IMG/VR virus record: IMGVR_UViG_3300025276_000001
Location: 50,100-114,099 of that record
Strand: one strand, 5' to 3'
Source: a virus
DNA: 64,000 bases
The notes under the pieces: model-generated
Databases searched by the model: none
Told to the model about the DNA's origin: nothing
The model's input: the letters and a program-made list of their open reading frames with translations, nothing else
Part shown: piece after piece, positions 40,943 through 50,108 of the stretch
Position numbering within the stretch: position 1 is the stretch's first letter
Layout of the letters: each line of letters starts with the position of its first letter
Made by a program: the position numbers and the translations under genes

Positions 40943-41532
40943 TAGACTACTTTTTCTTTAAAGGTTTTTTCTTCAGTGTCTATGCCGTCTCTGATCATAT
41001 CACAGTAGTCAGCTAGGGTAGAAGACTTAACCCTATGTTTATCTTGCTTGCAAATAAAGTACTGACTGGTTTGCATATACATATACTCTGCATCCCTGTA
41101 CTCATTTACATACATCTTAGTAGCATTAATAACATCTTGCCACTCATAATCATATGTTTCAAAGAACCATCTAAATGATTCTGATAACATTTTAACATTA
41201 ACTCTTGCAGGTTTACCGCTAGGTAGCCTTGTATTAGGAAATGTTTCTCTATAGATATTTATCTTCTCAGAGAAGTCTTTACCCATTAATTGGATATCAG
41301 TTTTCTTCTTTGCTTTTATAAAATAGTTATCTAAGTGTGCTATAAAAGCTTTTGATTGAGGTGTGAGTTTATATATTTTCTCTTCCTTAATCAAAAACCC
41401 TAAGTCTACAAGTTCATCAAGCTGTACATCAATTTTTGACAGTACTGCTGTCTTCTGTTTTATTCCAAATAGAAGATAGGCCTGATTTGGTGTCAGTTTG
41501 TTCTTTAATATTTTCTGGAAGATTTCCCACAT
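40942..41532 (-). CDS. Putative replication initiator/helicase loader (wHTH N-terminus)
   Basis: LDELVDLGFL..YKLT winged-helix pattern; coupled to the DnaB-like gene. Confidence 0.45.
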   Translation of the reverse strand: MWEIFQKILKNKLTPNQAYLLFGIKQKTAVLSKIDVQLDELVDLGFLIKEEKIYKLTPQSKAFIAHLDNYFIKAKKKTDIQLMGKDFSEKINIYRETFPNTRLPSGKPARVNVKMLSESFRWFFETYDYEWQDVINATKMYVNEYRDAEYMYMQTSQYFICKQDKHRVKSSTLADYCDMIRDGIDTEEKTFKEKVV

Positions 41533-41947
41533 ATTCTCTGATTTGTTTAGTAATGTTACAATGTGCGTTAATAGTTAATGCATCTTTTTGAACAAAGTTA
41601 TTTTCTATTGTTTTAATAGACCATATTATTGTTGCATGATTTCTACCAATGCTGTTTCCTATGGTGCTTTTTCTGTGCCCTTCTTTAAAAGCAAAGAAAG
41701 CCATAAGCTGAGTATAAACTAAATACTCCCTTCTTCTTAGTTGAACATGTAAGCTTTTAATATACCTAAACTCTGGTTCATTAGCATGCAATGCTCTTAT
41801 AACACAGTTGTGTAGGACCTCTAAACTTAACTTAAAACCTGTTTGTTCTTCTGTTAAAATATGTAAGGATACACCGTGCTTCTTGTAGAAACGAGTCTTA
41901 AACTCTTGTATGTCTACCTGCTGTGTAAGGTATTGAATATTAGTCAT
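41429..41947 (-). CDS. DnaA domain IV-like HTH protein
   Basis: STIGNSIGRNHATIIWSIKTIE resembles the DnaA IG..F.RDHTTV signature. Confidence 0.6.
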   Translation of the reverse strand: MTNIQYLTQQVDIQEFKTRFYKKHGVSLHILTEEQTGFKLSLEVLHNCVIRALHANEPEFRYIKSLHVQLRRREYLVYTQLMAFFAFKEGHRKSTIGNSIGRNHATIIWSIKTIENNFVQKDALTINAHCNITKQIREYVGNLPENIKEQTDTKSGLSSIWNKTEDSSTVKN

Positions 41948-41970
41948 TTAGTGTTGGTTTGTGGGGTTTA

Positions 41971-41986
41971 CAAATATAGCAAATTT
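41971..41986 (-). promoter_or_regulatory. Bacteroidota-type -7 promoter element (AAATTTGCTATATTTG)
   Basis: TAnnTTTG 23 nt before ATG 41947; identical to 17500-17515. Confidence 0.6.
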
Positions 41987-42672
41987 TACCATATTATACA
42001 AGATTTACCTTGTCTTTCTAATTCATCATTTACTTTGCCAAATATATTATCAGCCTTCCAAGTGCCACCATTATATGCTGCTGCAGCCGGGTGTGGACAC
42101 TTTAATATTCTTTGTCCTGGTATAACTAACTGCCAAGATTCTGCTTTCCTACCCATTAATATAAATATGATATCCTTATCTATCTTATTAATAGATTCAA
42201 ATATATATTCTGTAAATGGTTTCCATATAGCATAATGGGATCCAATCTTGTTAACTTCACAAGTCTGAGCTGTATTAATAAGCAATACACCTTGGTTAGC
42301 CCAACGTCTTAAATCACTATCATATCCTCCTTGCATGCCATATAACTCTTTAAAAATATACCTAAGAGATGGTTGAGGTTTCTCAGTGTTAGAACAACTA
42401 AATGCTATTCCATCTGCAACACCTAATTGTGGATAAGGATCTTGTCCTACTACTACTACTTTAAGATCTGATAGGTTTGTTTCTTTAAATGCATTGAATG
42501 CATCCTTTAACCTAGGAGTAAATCTTCTATTTTGTTCTACTAATCTTATTAGTGTATCAGTTATATTATCAAACTCTTTGCTATCTAAGAAAGGGTTTAA
42601 TATTTTGTGCCATCCTGATGACTCAAGGTCCTCCTTAAGAGTTTCCTTGATTAAATCTATTTTATCTTGCAT
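41986..42672 (-). CDS. ung: Uracil-DNA glycosylase (family 1)
   Basis: VVVGQDPY, GIAFS, PSLRYI, WANQGVLLIN, HP motif. Confidence 0.9.
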   Translation of the reverse strand: MQDKIDLIKETLKEDLESSGWHKILNPFLDSKEFDNITDTLIRLVEQNRRFTPRLKDAFNAFKETNLSDLKVVVVGQDPYPQLGVADGIAFSCSNTEKPQPSLRYIFKELYGMQGGYDSDLRRWANQGVLLINTAQTCEVNKIGSHYAIWKPFTEYIFESINKIDKDIIFILMGRKAESWQLVIPGQRILKCPHPAAAAYNGGTWKADNIFGKVNDELERQGKSCIIW

Positions 42673-42688
42673 ATTTTTGCTATCTTTG
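42673..42688 (+). promoter_or_regulatory. Bacteroidota-type -7 promoter element (TTTGCTATCTTTG)
   Basis: TATCTTTG at 42681-42688, 18 nt before ATG 42707. Confidence 0.6.
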
Positions 42689-42706
42689 TATTATAAATTA
42701 TTTATT

Positions 42707-43144
42707 ATGGCTGAAGAACAGAAACAACACGAAACTGAAACTTATGATTTTACTAAAAATATCACTGATATTGAAGTAAGTCCTGCGTTTATTATAGGTT
42801 TACAAAGAATTTGTAATCAGTTAATTGTTAGTAAGCCAGAAAGGGGTGCTGAAATGCCAGCTATCTTCAAAAAGTTTGAAAAGATAGTGCACTACTATGG
42901 TAATAAAGATGAATATGAGGAAGAGCCTGTAGTAGAATTAGATGTCTTTGAATCTGATATCTATACTTTGTTTTCTCTTATTCAGTTGTTTAAGCATAAA
43001 GCTAAAGAACAAGGTCTTCAGGTATTAACTGAGACTAATGTTACTAAAGTAGAAATGCAAGAACTAGCTAAGATAGTTGAAGCAGGTGGTGACGCTACTG
43101 AAAAAATTAGAGAGCTGAATGCTAAAATGACTGTTGTTAAATAG
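42707..43144 (+). CDS. Hypothetical protein, lone plus-strand gene in the minus block
   Basis: MAEEQKQHET start; the track's extension to 42494 overlaps ung on the opposite strand. Confidence 0.7.
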   Translation: MAEEQKQHETETYDFTKNITDIEVSPAFIIGLQRICNQLIVSKPERGAEMPAIFKKFEKIVHYYGNKDEYEEEPVVELDVFESDIYTLFSLIQLFKHKAKEQGLQVLTETNVTKVEMQELAKIVEAGGDATEKIRELNAKMTVVK

Positions 43145-43528
43145 TTATCTTAGATTCATATTACTAAAGTCTCCAATTTCTACACATGCTTGTATAACTA
43201 AGTTTAATTCTTCTTTATCACAATCTCCAAAAGACTTGCAATATTCTTGCTTGTCTCTTACAAAACATAAACCTGAAGCTCTTTTAACTGCTAGTTTAGC
43301 TTCTTCAAATGTATAGCCAATTTCTTGTGCTATCTCTCTGATCATTGCATGTATCCTAGCTAACTGAGGATTACTGCCTTTATCACCGCTCACTCCTATA
43401 AAGATCTCTAATTTAGAGTCATCAGGTAACTGATTCAGAAACTTTTTAAACTTAGTTCCTGTAGCTTTTATAGGGAAATGTAATTCTCCATCTTTAATAG
43501 ATGCTTTTACAAATAGGTTATCTTTCAT
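43145..43528 (-). CDS. NinB/YbcN-like protein
   Basis: SNPQLARIHAMIREIAQEIG...KSFGDCDKEEL. Confidence 0.55.
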   Translation of the reverse strand: MKDNLFVKASIKDGELHFPIKATGTKFKKFLNQLPDDSKLEIFIGVSGDKGSNPQLARIHAMIREIAQEIGYTFEEAKLAVKRASGLCFVRDKQEYCKSFGDCDKEELNLVIQACVEIGDFSNMNLR

Positions 43529-43585
43529 ATACTACTATTACGTGGGTTCCTGGTTGTTCATCACCTGGGTCTGATATTATTATAG

Positions 43586-43783
43586 TCATAATTGTGATAT
43601 AAATTTAGTGAGGTAGTTAACTACCCATGTTATTACTGGCCATGCAAATACTACTACCATACATCCAATACCAAATAACATAGTGAACATACATCCTTTA
43701 TATTTTTTAGTAATTTTAGCATCTTCATAAGATTCTAAATCTTTTAACTCTTTAGCTCTTTTGTGAAATTCAGTATTTTTCAT
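43586..43783 (-). CDS. Small membrane protein
   Basis: One TM helix. Confidence 0.5.
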   Translation of the reverse strand: MKNTEFHKRAKELKDLESYEDAKITKKYKGCMFTMLFGIGCMVVVFAWPVITWVVNYLTKFISQL

Positions 43784-43925
43784 ATCCTCTGTTTTTTATA
43801 TCCCATGCATCACGGTAGTCTGGGTCATGTGGATCTAACTCTAAGCTAGATCTATCATGTACCCATTTACCACTAATGTAAACATAGGTCCTGTTATTAA
43901 TTATTTTACTTATTCTATCACTCAT
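43770..43925 (-). CDS. 51-aa hypothetical protein, not in ORF track
   Basis: MSDRISKIINNRTYVYISGKWVHD...; overlaps both neighbours by a few nt. Confidence 0.5.
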   Translation of the reverse strand: MSDRISKIINNRTYVYISGKWVHDRSSLELDPHDPDYRDAWDIKNRGYEKY

Positions 43926-44169
43926 AACTTTCTAGTATTTCTTCTTCTATATCATACTGGTTAACTATGTCTAGAGGAAGTATATCAACCATTACATCAT
44001 TATTATTTCTATCCTTTAATAATGAGTATGCTGCAGTAATTTCTACACTAGGAGCTATACCAGGTGTTCCTGGGTCTCCATTAGATTCTGTCCACACTTC
44101 TGCTTCACCTGGATCATAAGTATAAACTACATCTAGTTCTATACCATCCATATCATATGTAAACTCCAT
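43918..44169 (-). CDS. Acidic hypothetical protein
   Basis: 83-aa ORF. Confidence 0.6.
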   Translation of the reverse strand: MEFTYDMDGIELDVVYTYDPGEAEVWTESNGDPGTPGIAPSVEITAAYSLLKDRNNNDVMVDILPLDIVNQYDIEEEILESYE

Positions 44170-44170
44170 A

Positions 44171-44407
44171 TTATAAGAATCTTAGTGCTGATCCTACATA
44201 AACAAATTGTTGCTCACACTCTAAACATTTAGCATTACCTTCATTACGTAATAATGATGGTTGATTACAATTGGGACAAGGTGTATCACCTTCAGTAATA
44301 TATTCTTCTATTGCACGCCTAGATAAACCATGTATCATTGCGTCATGGGTACCTTTGTACTCTAATTCCTCCTGCTGTTCTATGAACAATTCTTTCATCC
44401 TTCCCAT
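44171..44407 (-). CDS. Zn-ribbon protein
   Basis: CPNC...CLEC. Confidence 0.65.
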   Translation of the reverse strand: MGRMKELFIEQQEELEYKGTHDAMIHGLSRRAIEEYITEGDTPCPNCNQPSLLRNEGNAKCLECEQQFVYVGSALRFL

Positions 44408-44568
44408 TATAGTATTCTTTTAAGTTTATCAGTTTTGTGATTAAGCATGTCTCTGCATGTCATTTGATTGATCTGTCTCTTAATGTTTCTTTTGCCAGAT
44501 TTAATTCCTAGTTGATAGGCAGCTATAGTTGTTATAGTTGTTATAATTCCTAATATTAATATTTCCAT
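44407..44568 (-). CDS. 53-aa membrane-anchored protein, not in ORF track
   Basis: MEILILGIITTITTIAAYQLG...; stop overlaps the next ATG. Confidence 0.5.
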   Translation of the reverse strand: MEILILGIITTITTIAAYQLGIKSGKRNIKRQINQMTCRDMLNHKTDKLKRIL

Positions 44569-44570
44569 TT

Positions 44571-45689
44571 TTAGTTTTTTAGTGGGTTATGGTATTTAAC
44601 TTTTGTTGGGTCAAAGTCTTTAAGTGCATTTTGCACCCATACTTCATCTTGTGTGCCTATGTAACATAATATGTGACATATTGCTGTATCACTTGGATTT
44701 AGCCTAAGCAGTCTTCCAATTCTTTGTGATGACTTTCTTTCATTACCATATGCATGCATAATGATACCTTGCTTAAGGTTGGGTATTGTTACACCTTCAC
44801 TTAATTGTAGTACACATGATAGCCTATCTATTCTTCCATCAGAGAACAACTCAAGGTTATCTTCTGATTGTGGATTCTTAGAATGGTAGCTATGCTTGCA
44901 TAATTTGTCTGCCTGTTTCTGAGTATTTGCAAATATAATACACTTAGTACCAAGACTTTTAGCTAATGACTTAGCATACAACTCTTTGGTATTGTATTCC
45001 ATAATTGCTCTCATCCTCATAATAGAAGCAAACTGTTTCTGTTTAGGTGTCTGTGCTTCAGCAACTCTACTAGATACATAATTATAATCTTTTTGTTCTG
45101 TAGTATACCAATGTCCCCCGGCTTTTGTCTTCTTCTTTAAAGCTGGTATTTTTGATAAAACTAACTGATGAACTATAATTTTATAATTATTTAATATGTT
45201 AGAGTCTGTTGCTTGATCTACAGAAAACTTAAACTTCATTGGACAATACTTTCTAACCATTAGGCCCTTAGTTGAGCTTTCATCTTTAGGAGGTGTGCCT
45301 GTTAATCCAAGTATCCTACCTTTAAATACTGATAAAAATGCATCATGATTAGGTAGTAAACTATGACATTCATCTAAATAGACAACATCATACTCTGTAG
45401 GTTTATGTTTATTGATGGACAAGTAAGTTGTAAACGTTATATGTTTAACTAAACTTTGTAAGTTCATCTTTTCTAACTCATCTATCCAAGATTGAGCTAC
45501 AGAATGTTTTGGTATAACAACTAAAGCTTCTACTAATGGGTTATAACAATACTGTAAATGTTGTATTGCTATTCTAGTTTTACCTACACCCATAGAAATG
45601 CCAAGTCCACATCTTTTATTTGCTATTGCAATGTCTAATGCTTTTTTTTGTATTACATCTCTGCTAGTTTCAGAATTATGTGGTGCCAT
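44571..45689 (-). CDS. Superfamily 2 helicase
   Basis: MGVGKT, LDECH, GLTGT, EGVTIP, QRIGRLLR. Confidence 0.9.
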   Translation of the reverse strand: MAPHNSETSRDVIQKKALDIAIANKRCGLGISMGVGKTRIAIQHLQYCYNPLVEALVVIPKHSVAQSWIDELEKMNLQSLVKHITFTTYLSINKHKPTEYDVVYLDECHSLLPNHDAFLSVFKGRILGLTGTPPKDESSTKGLMVRKYCPMKFKFSVDQATDSNILNNYKIIVHQLVLSKIPALKKKTKAGGHWYTTEQKDYNYVSSRVAEAQTPKQKQFASIMRMRAIMEYNTKELYAKSLAKSLGTKCIIFANTQKQADKLCKHSYHSKNPQSEDNLELFSDGRIDRLSCVLQLSEGVTIPNLKQGIIMHAYGNERKSSQRIGRLLRLNPSDTAICHILCYIGTQDEVWVQNALKDFDPTKVKYHNPLKN

Positions 45690-45759
45690 AGTGTTATTGT
45701 TATTATTAAGATTATTGTATAAACTACTAATATTAGTAACTTATCTTTTTTGTTATTTT

Positions 45760-46164
45760 TCATATTCTATCTGTAGATAAACCTAGTTCTTTAGCTTCTT
45801 GTGGATGTTCTTCTATATATGTATGACAAGTTCTACATACTGATAACCAAGTACTTACCACTAGGTAATATTCACCACGTCCTTTCTTGTGGTGCACATC
45901 TGTTGAGCCACCTGAACAACAAGGCAAAGCTGCTTGACACATTGTGTTGGCTTCCATAAACTTCTTCCTAAGTTTAGTGTAAGCTTGATCAAGTACCAGC
46001 ATTTTCTTTGACTTCTTGTTGATTGGTTTCCTCTGTAGTGGTTTAGTAGATGGTTCTTTAGATCTATACCAGCAATTCTTGCAATAGCGGTTCCCTTTAT
46101 CATTTTTCCAGATAAATTGTTCCGTATTGCAATTATTACATAGCTTTTTTTTCTGTTGAATCAT
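45760..46164 (-). CDS. Zn-binding HNH-like nuclease
   Basis: CNNC/CKNC, DVHHKKGR, VCRTCH. Confidence 0.7.
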   Translation of the reverse strand: MIQQKKKLCNNCNTEQFIWKNDKGNRYCKNCWYRSKEPSTKPLQRKPINKKSKKMLVLDQAYTKLRKKFMEANTMCQAALPCCSGGSTDVHHKKGRGEYYLVVSTWLSVCRTCHTYIEEHPQEAKELGLSTDRI

Positions 46165-46703
46165 ACTTTAAGCAATTGTTGATTTTCATTAGGCTTTAAA
46201 GTTAAATAGTTCTTGGGTAATAACCCTTTGGACATGAATAATAATATTACGTCCTCATATTCTATATTTAACTGCTTAAATGTCATCATGTTATTGTAAT
46301 CATCTAACGTTTCAGTTGCCGGTATGGAGAGTATAAACTCTACTGTTGGGCCCTTGAATGTTCTCTTGAAGTAATCATTAACTTTTTTGTTGCAGATCAT
46401 TTGTTTCCAAGCATTAATTTCTCTCTGAGACCTTTTCCAGACCTTAGAGATGCGTCTTTTCTTATCCCAGTGTAACTTCTCTACTTCTTCTTTGCTATAA
46501 ACGTTGAGTCCATGCAACACTCTCTTAAATAAGAAATGCTGATAGGAGTTTAACTTTGTATATTCAAAAGAATTTGTTATGGAGGTTGGATGTAACTGAT
46601 ATTCTTTCAGTACACCTAGATAGTGGTAGCGTTGAAGTTGCTTAGATAATAAAGATTGGCTTTGAGATTGATTTAGTTTTGTTATTTGTTCTTGAGATAG
46701 CAT
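46161..46703 (-). CDS. Hypothetical protein
   Basis: MLSQEQ start preferred; the longer track start runs into an RNA structure. Confidence 0.6.
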   Translation of the reverse strand: MLSQEQITKLNQSQSQSLLSKQLQRYHYLGVLKEYQLHPTSITNSFEYTKLNSYQHFLFKRVLHGLNVYSKEEVEKLHWDKKRRISKVWKRSQREINAWKQMICNKKVNDYFKRTFKGPTVEFILSIPATETLDDYNNMMTFKQLNIEYEDVILLFMSKGLLPKNYLTLKPNENQQLLKV

Positions 46704-46744
46704 ATGGCATGTGGTATTAAGTTTAGTGATAAGTAATTTGTAAT

Positions 46745-46810
46745 AAAAATGAGTGAGGTGACAACATTGACCCATTTGTCTTTAATTCCCTGTAGGGAAG
46801 CCTCAAGCAT
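46745..46810 (-). other. Three-way-junction RNA structure
   Basis: Three perfect 5-bp stems: TGAGG/CCTCA, GACAA/TTGTC, TTCCC/GGGAA. Confidence 0.5.
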
Positions 46811-46826
46811 TCTTTAGAATTTATTG

Positions 46827-47393
46827 TTATAGAGTGAATTCTTCTTCAGTCTCTTCAACTAACTCTTCCACAACATCAGATACTTCATCAGTTATGTTAC
46901 CATCTTCATCACCGTCATCCATACCAAATGCTTCAGTTGGTGTTGCGGTTACTTTCTCTTCTACTTTATTATCAGAACTATTAGCATCTTTAATGGCTTG
47001 ACCATTGTTATGTGCTAATGATACATCTTGAGCTGTTGTATCAGCTACAAAGAATGTTTTCCTATAAATAGGTTGTCCGTCAATACAGCATATGATACCA
47101 GTATCACCTGCTTTCTTTAAATCTCTATCAGGATCATTTGTACTAAATGGCTCTAATTGTTCTTTAAAGATAATTTTACCAGGTAATGAATCCATTGATT
47201 CAAAGCCTATTTCTTGTAAGTCTTCTAGTCTACCTTGTAATAATGCGCTTAGGTTTGATTTCTTTACCCAACCACCATTACCAAATGTAGTTCTAGTTTG
47301 TGTTAGTCTTACATGACCATATTCAGAATTTGTGTTTGATTGGCGTACAACATTTCCCATGTCATCCGCTTGGATGTTTACTTTACTTTGCAT
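46827..47393 (-). CDS. Hypothetical protein with acidic tail (SSB-like architecture)
   Basis: Beta-rich core followed by an E/D-rich C-terminus. Confidence 0.55.
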   Translation of the reverse strand: MQSKVNIQADDMGNVVRQSNTNSEYGHVRLTQTRTTFGNGGWVKKSNLSALLQGRLEDLQEIGFESMDSLPGKIIFKEQLEPFSTNDPDRDLKKAGDTGIICCIDGQPIYRKTFFVADTTAQDVSLAHNNGQAIKDANSSDNKVEEKVTATPTEAFGMDDGDEDGNITDEVSDVVEELVEETEEEFTL

Positions 47394-47443
47394 AATAAAT
47401 TGTTTTTGTGTGAATTAATAAAATTGTGTGATGTGTCTAAGTA

Positions 47444-47707
47444 TTAGACATCATCAGAGTGAAAATACGGGTCATCTAGTTTTTCAAAGGACTCTATTTC
47501 ATCAAGTGCAGGTTCTTCTTCCTCTTCATTAGGAAATTCATCTGCTTTACCTGTTGCTACTGAGTACTTATTATAGAATGGATCACCCACTTCTTTGGTA
47601 TATGCTGAACTTAAACCGTTGAGGTCCTTGATCTCTTCATCAGAAAGAGACAAGTACTGTTCAACTGAACATTCAATTATTCTACCATTGGGCAATTGTA
47701 TTATCAT
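47444..47707 (-). CDS. Acidic hypothetical protein
   Basis: 87-aa ORF. Confidence 0.6.
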   Translation of the reverse strand: MIIQLPNGRIIECSVEQYLSLSDEEIKDLNGLSSAYTKEVGDPFYNKYSVATGKADEFPNEEEEEPALDEIESFEKLDDPYFHSDDV

Positions 47708-47806
47708 TTTATTTTGCTAAGTAAGTTTAACAAAAATATGATAATTAATTACTATTTGGTTATAATCTCCAGATCATTTGCTTAAATACAGAATTGAGTC
47801 TGCATA

Positions 47807-47819
47807 TATATAGCTAACG
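47807..47819 (-). promoter_or_regulatory. Repeated motif CGTTAGCTATATA
   Basis: Identical 13-mer at 61471-61483 (+); 10-mer copy at 49783-49792. Confidence 0.45.
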
Positions 47820-47821
47820 TG

Positions 47822-48079
47822 CTATTTTATTATTAGCTTATTGCCTACTCTTTTTATATAGTCTTTACTTTTTAGTTCTTTAATCAACCTATTGATAGTT
47901 CTTTCACTAACGTTTAAGTCATTGGACAATGTTGATATAGAAGGAAAGCTAGACCTATTCTTATTTGAATAACATGCTAAGGCAGAATATAATCCCTTAG
48001 CTGATATAGATAATTCCGGAGCAAGAATTATATCACGTGATACAATCCCAAACCTATACTGGATCTTCTCTTGTGACAT
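47822..48079 (-). CDS. Winged HTH protein (HTH_36-like)
   Basis: LSISAKGLY...FPSISTLSNDLNVSERTINRLIKEL. Confidence 0.8.
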   Translation of the reverse strand: MSQEKIQYRFGIVSRDIILAPELSISAKGLYSALACYSNKNRSSFPSISTLSNDLNVSERTINRLIKELKSKDYIKRVGNKLIIK

Positions 48080-48275
48080 GCTTGCTCATTAAGCGCAATA
48101 GTGCAACATTATGGTCCATCTCTTCAGTAAGCATTTTGTCATCTAATTCAAATTTAATTGACATGTGCTTTCCAAAGTTCCAGATTTTACCATTAGGTGT
48201 TTTATCTATTGCTCTTTTTAACTGCAACCATTGCTTCATCTCAGCTTTTAATTGCTCCATACTAAGTTGTGCCAT
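48054..48275 (-). CDS. Hypothetical protein
   Basis: 73-aa ORF. Confidence 0.55.
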   Translation of the reverse strand: MAQLSMEQLKAEMKQWLQLKRAIDKTPNGKIWNFGKHMSIKFELDDKMLTEEMDHNVALLRLMSKHVTREDPV

Positions 48276-48277
48276 GG

Positions 48278-48835
48278 TTATAGTGTTGGGTGTTCCGGAT
48301 TCTGTTCTTCACTATTGTTTTCTTCTTCAACAATATTATCTAGAAACTCTAGTGCTATTTGTTGAGTATTGAATTCAGGTAGTTCAGATGGATCTATAAT
48401 TGTTAGGTCAAAGGTTTTAATAGTATCCTCTTTCTGCCTAACATCATTGTCCTCCCATACATAGAAGTTAACCTTCATAGTATTATAATAAGGATTGAAG
48501 TCATCACTGTTACTCCATGAACCATCTGCTATTACAGTACCATATATATAGCCATCTGCATTCATTAGTCCTTTGTCCATCATCATATCCTTATCATAAA
48601 CTGATGAGTAAGGTGATGGTTGGTGTTTAACAGTATCACCCATTTGAATAGGTATGTGTTCCTCCTTTATTAAAATGATTGATAGTAGAGCACTGATTGA
48701 ATGCTCTGGAAGAGTAGCCAGCAGGTCTAGGACATGCTTAAGGTTTCTCTTGTCTCCTAAGTTATCTTTATTAATAAGATTGCTTAAAAGATCTTTAACA
48801 GCTGTTTCAGCTATCACATAATTTGGTTTTGCCAT
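48278..48835 (-). CDS. Hypothetical protein
   Basis: 185-aa ORF. Confidence 0.65.
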   Translation of the reverse strand: MAKPNYVIAETAVKDLLSNLINKDNLGDKRNLKHVLDLLATLPEHSISALLSIILIKEEHIPIQMGDTVKHQPSPYSSVYDKDMMMDKGLMNADGYIYGTVIADGSWSNSDDFNPYYNTMKVNFYVWEDNDVRQKEDTIKTFDLTIIDPSELPEFNTQQIALEFLDNIVEEENNSEEQNPEHPTL

Positions 48836-48863
48836 TGTTATTGTTTTATAGGATTATTAAATT

Positions 48864-49006
48864 AAAAGATACGGTGGCCTAACCTATTACGATTAGAACC
48901 ACCTTATCCTGGTTACCACTTATCTTAACCAAAGTCATAGCCTCAACACCTAGTGTTATTATAGTATATAATTACTGGTGTTGTTAGTGCGCCACTGATG
49001 GCACTA
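48864..49006 (-). other. Cluster of tandem hairpins in intergenic DNA
   Basis: Inverted repeats GGTGG/CCACC, GGTTA/TAACC, CAACACC/GGTGTTG, TAGTGC/GCACTA. Confidence 0.4.
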
Positions 49007-49360
49007 TTTTTTAAACTTCTTGTTTACTTTTATCTCAATTACCAAGAATGGTAAGAGTATCATGATCTGTGGTCTCATCCTGTTTTGATCATAGCCTATT
49101 GCTAATCCTATTACAGGTACTACCTCAAAATCTATATCAGGTAGTAGCTTTGTCTTAGACATTACACCACTATAGAATATAGCATTGAAGATAGTTAATA
49201 ATAATATAATTACCATTGCAGTTACAAACAACGGAAAGTCATTTGCTATAAGGTCAGTCTTAGGACTTGAGATCATTAATGTTACTACTGTTATACTTAC
49301 TACGAGTGGTAGTATGATTACGAACAATAGTTTGATTGCGTACTTGAGTATTTTTTTCAT
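49004..49360 (-). CDS. Membrane protein
   Basis: Two TM helices plus a hydrophobic beta-like C-terminus. Confidence 0.6.
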   Translation of the reverse strand: MKKILKYAIKLLFVIILPLVVSITVVTLMISSPKTDLIANDFPLFVTAMVIILLLTIFNAIFYSGVMSKTKLLPDIDFEVVPVIGLAIGYDQNRMRPQIMILLPFLVIEIKVNKKFKK

Positions 49361-49380
49361 TTTTGTTTTATTTAAGTGGT

Positions 49381-49662
49381 TTAGTCATAACTCCGTGAGT
49401 AAGCTAGATAGCCTACTACATCCTGGTCATTAACTTCTATTAGATTATGTTCATGTGCTAGATACCTTAACGGTGCATTATTACCCAACTCTTCTATGAG
49501 TTCAGATATTAATGGACTATTAGTTTCATTACGTTTGACTACGAAATGTTTGTGACCAGTAAATAGGTTCACACTGTCTGGATCTACACATGGGTAAATT
49601 GTACAAGCTATTTTAGTCTTGTACTGGATAAAGCTTTCAGGCTTTAAAATGTTTATGTTCAT
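49381..49662 (-). CDS. Hypothetical protein
   Basis: 93-aa ORF. Confidence 0.5.
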   Translation of the reverse strand: MNINILKPESFIQYKTKIACTIYPCVDPDSVNLFTGHKHFVVKRNETNSPLISELIEELGNNAPLRYLAHEHNLIEVNDQDVVGYLAYSRSYD

Positions 49663-50070
49663 GGTTATTTAATTTAAGTGGTGATTTGCAATATTGCGGG
49701 TAATGTTATACTATTCCTATAGAGAGAGAGACAACAAGCTATTATGTTATTGTCATGAGTATATCTATTGTATTGTTGCTAGCGTTAGCTATGTTTAACT
49801 ATTATGAGCACAATAATAACTAGAGTGGTAATAAGTGGGTATATGTGGTGTATGAGACCACCTATTCACATTGTTACACACACTTGAATATAAATTGTTT
49901 TTATTGTGCTTTAATTACTATTTTACTAGTAACACGTGTAATATATAGCTGGGGAGCAGAGAAAGAGAACGACCGCAGGGAGAGAAGCTGACAGAGCAGA
50001 CCAATAGACTAAGTTAGTGCTGTCTTACTTAAATTAAGCATGACAACGAGTAACAATGCTAGCTGATGTT

Positions 50071-50106
50071 ATAATAAGAGGAGAGTTGTTACACCCTCCT
50101 CATTAT
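50071..50106 (-). terminator. Hairpin after the 50109 gene
   Basis: GAGGAG/CTCCTC stem with flanking ATAAT/ATTAT. Confidence 0.5.
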
Positions 50107-50108
50107 AG

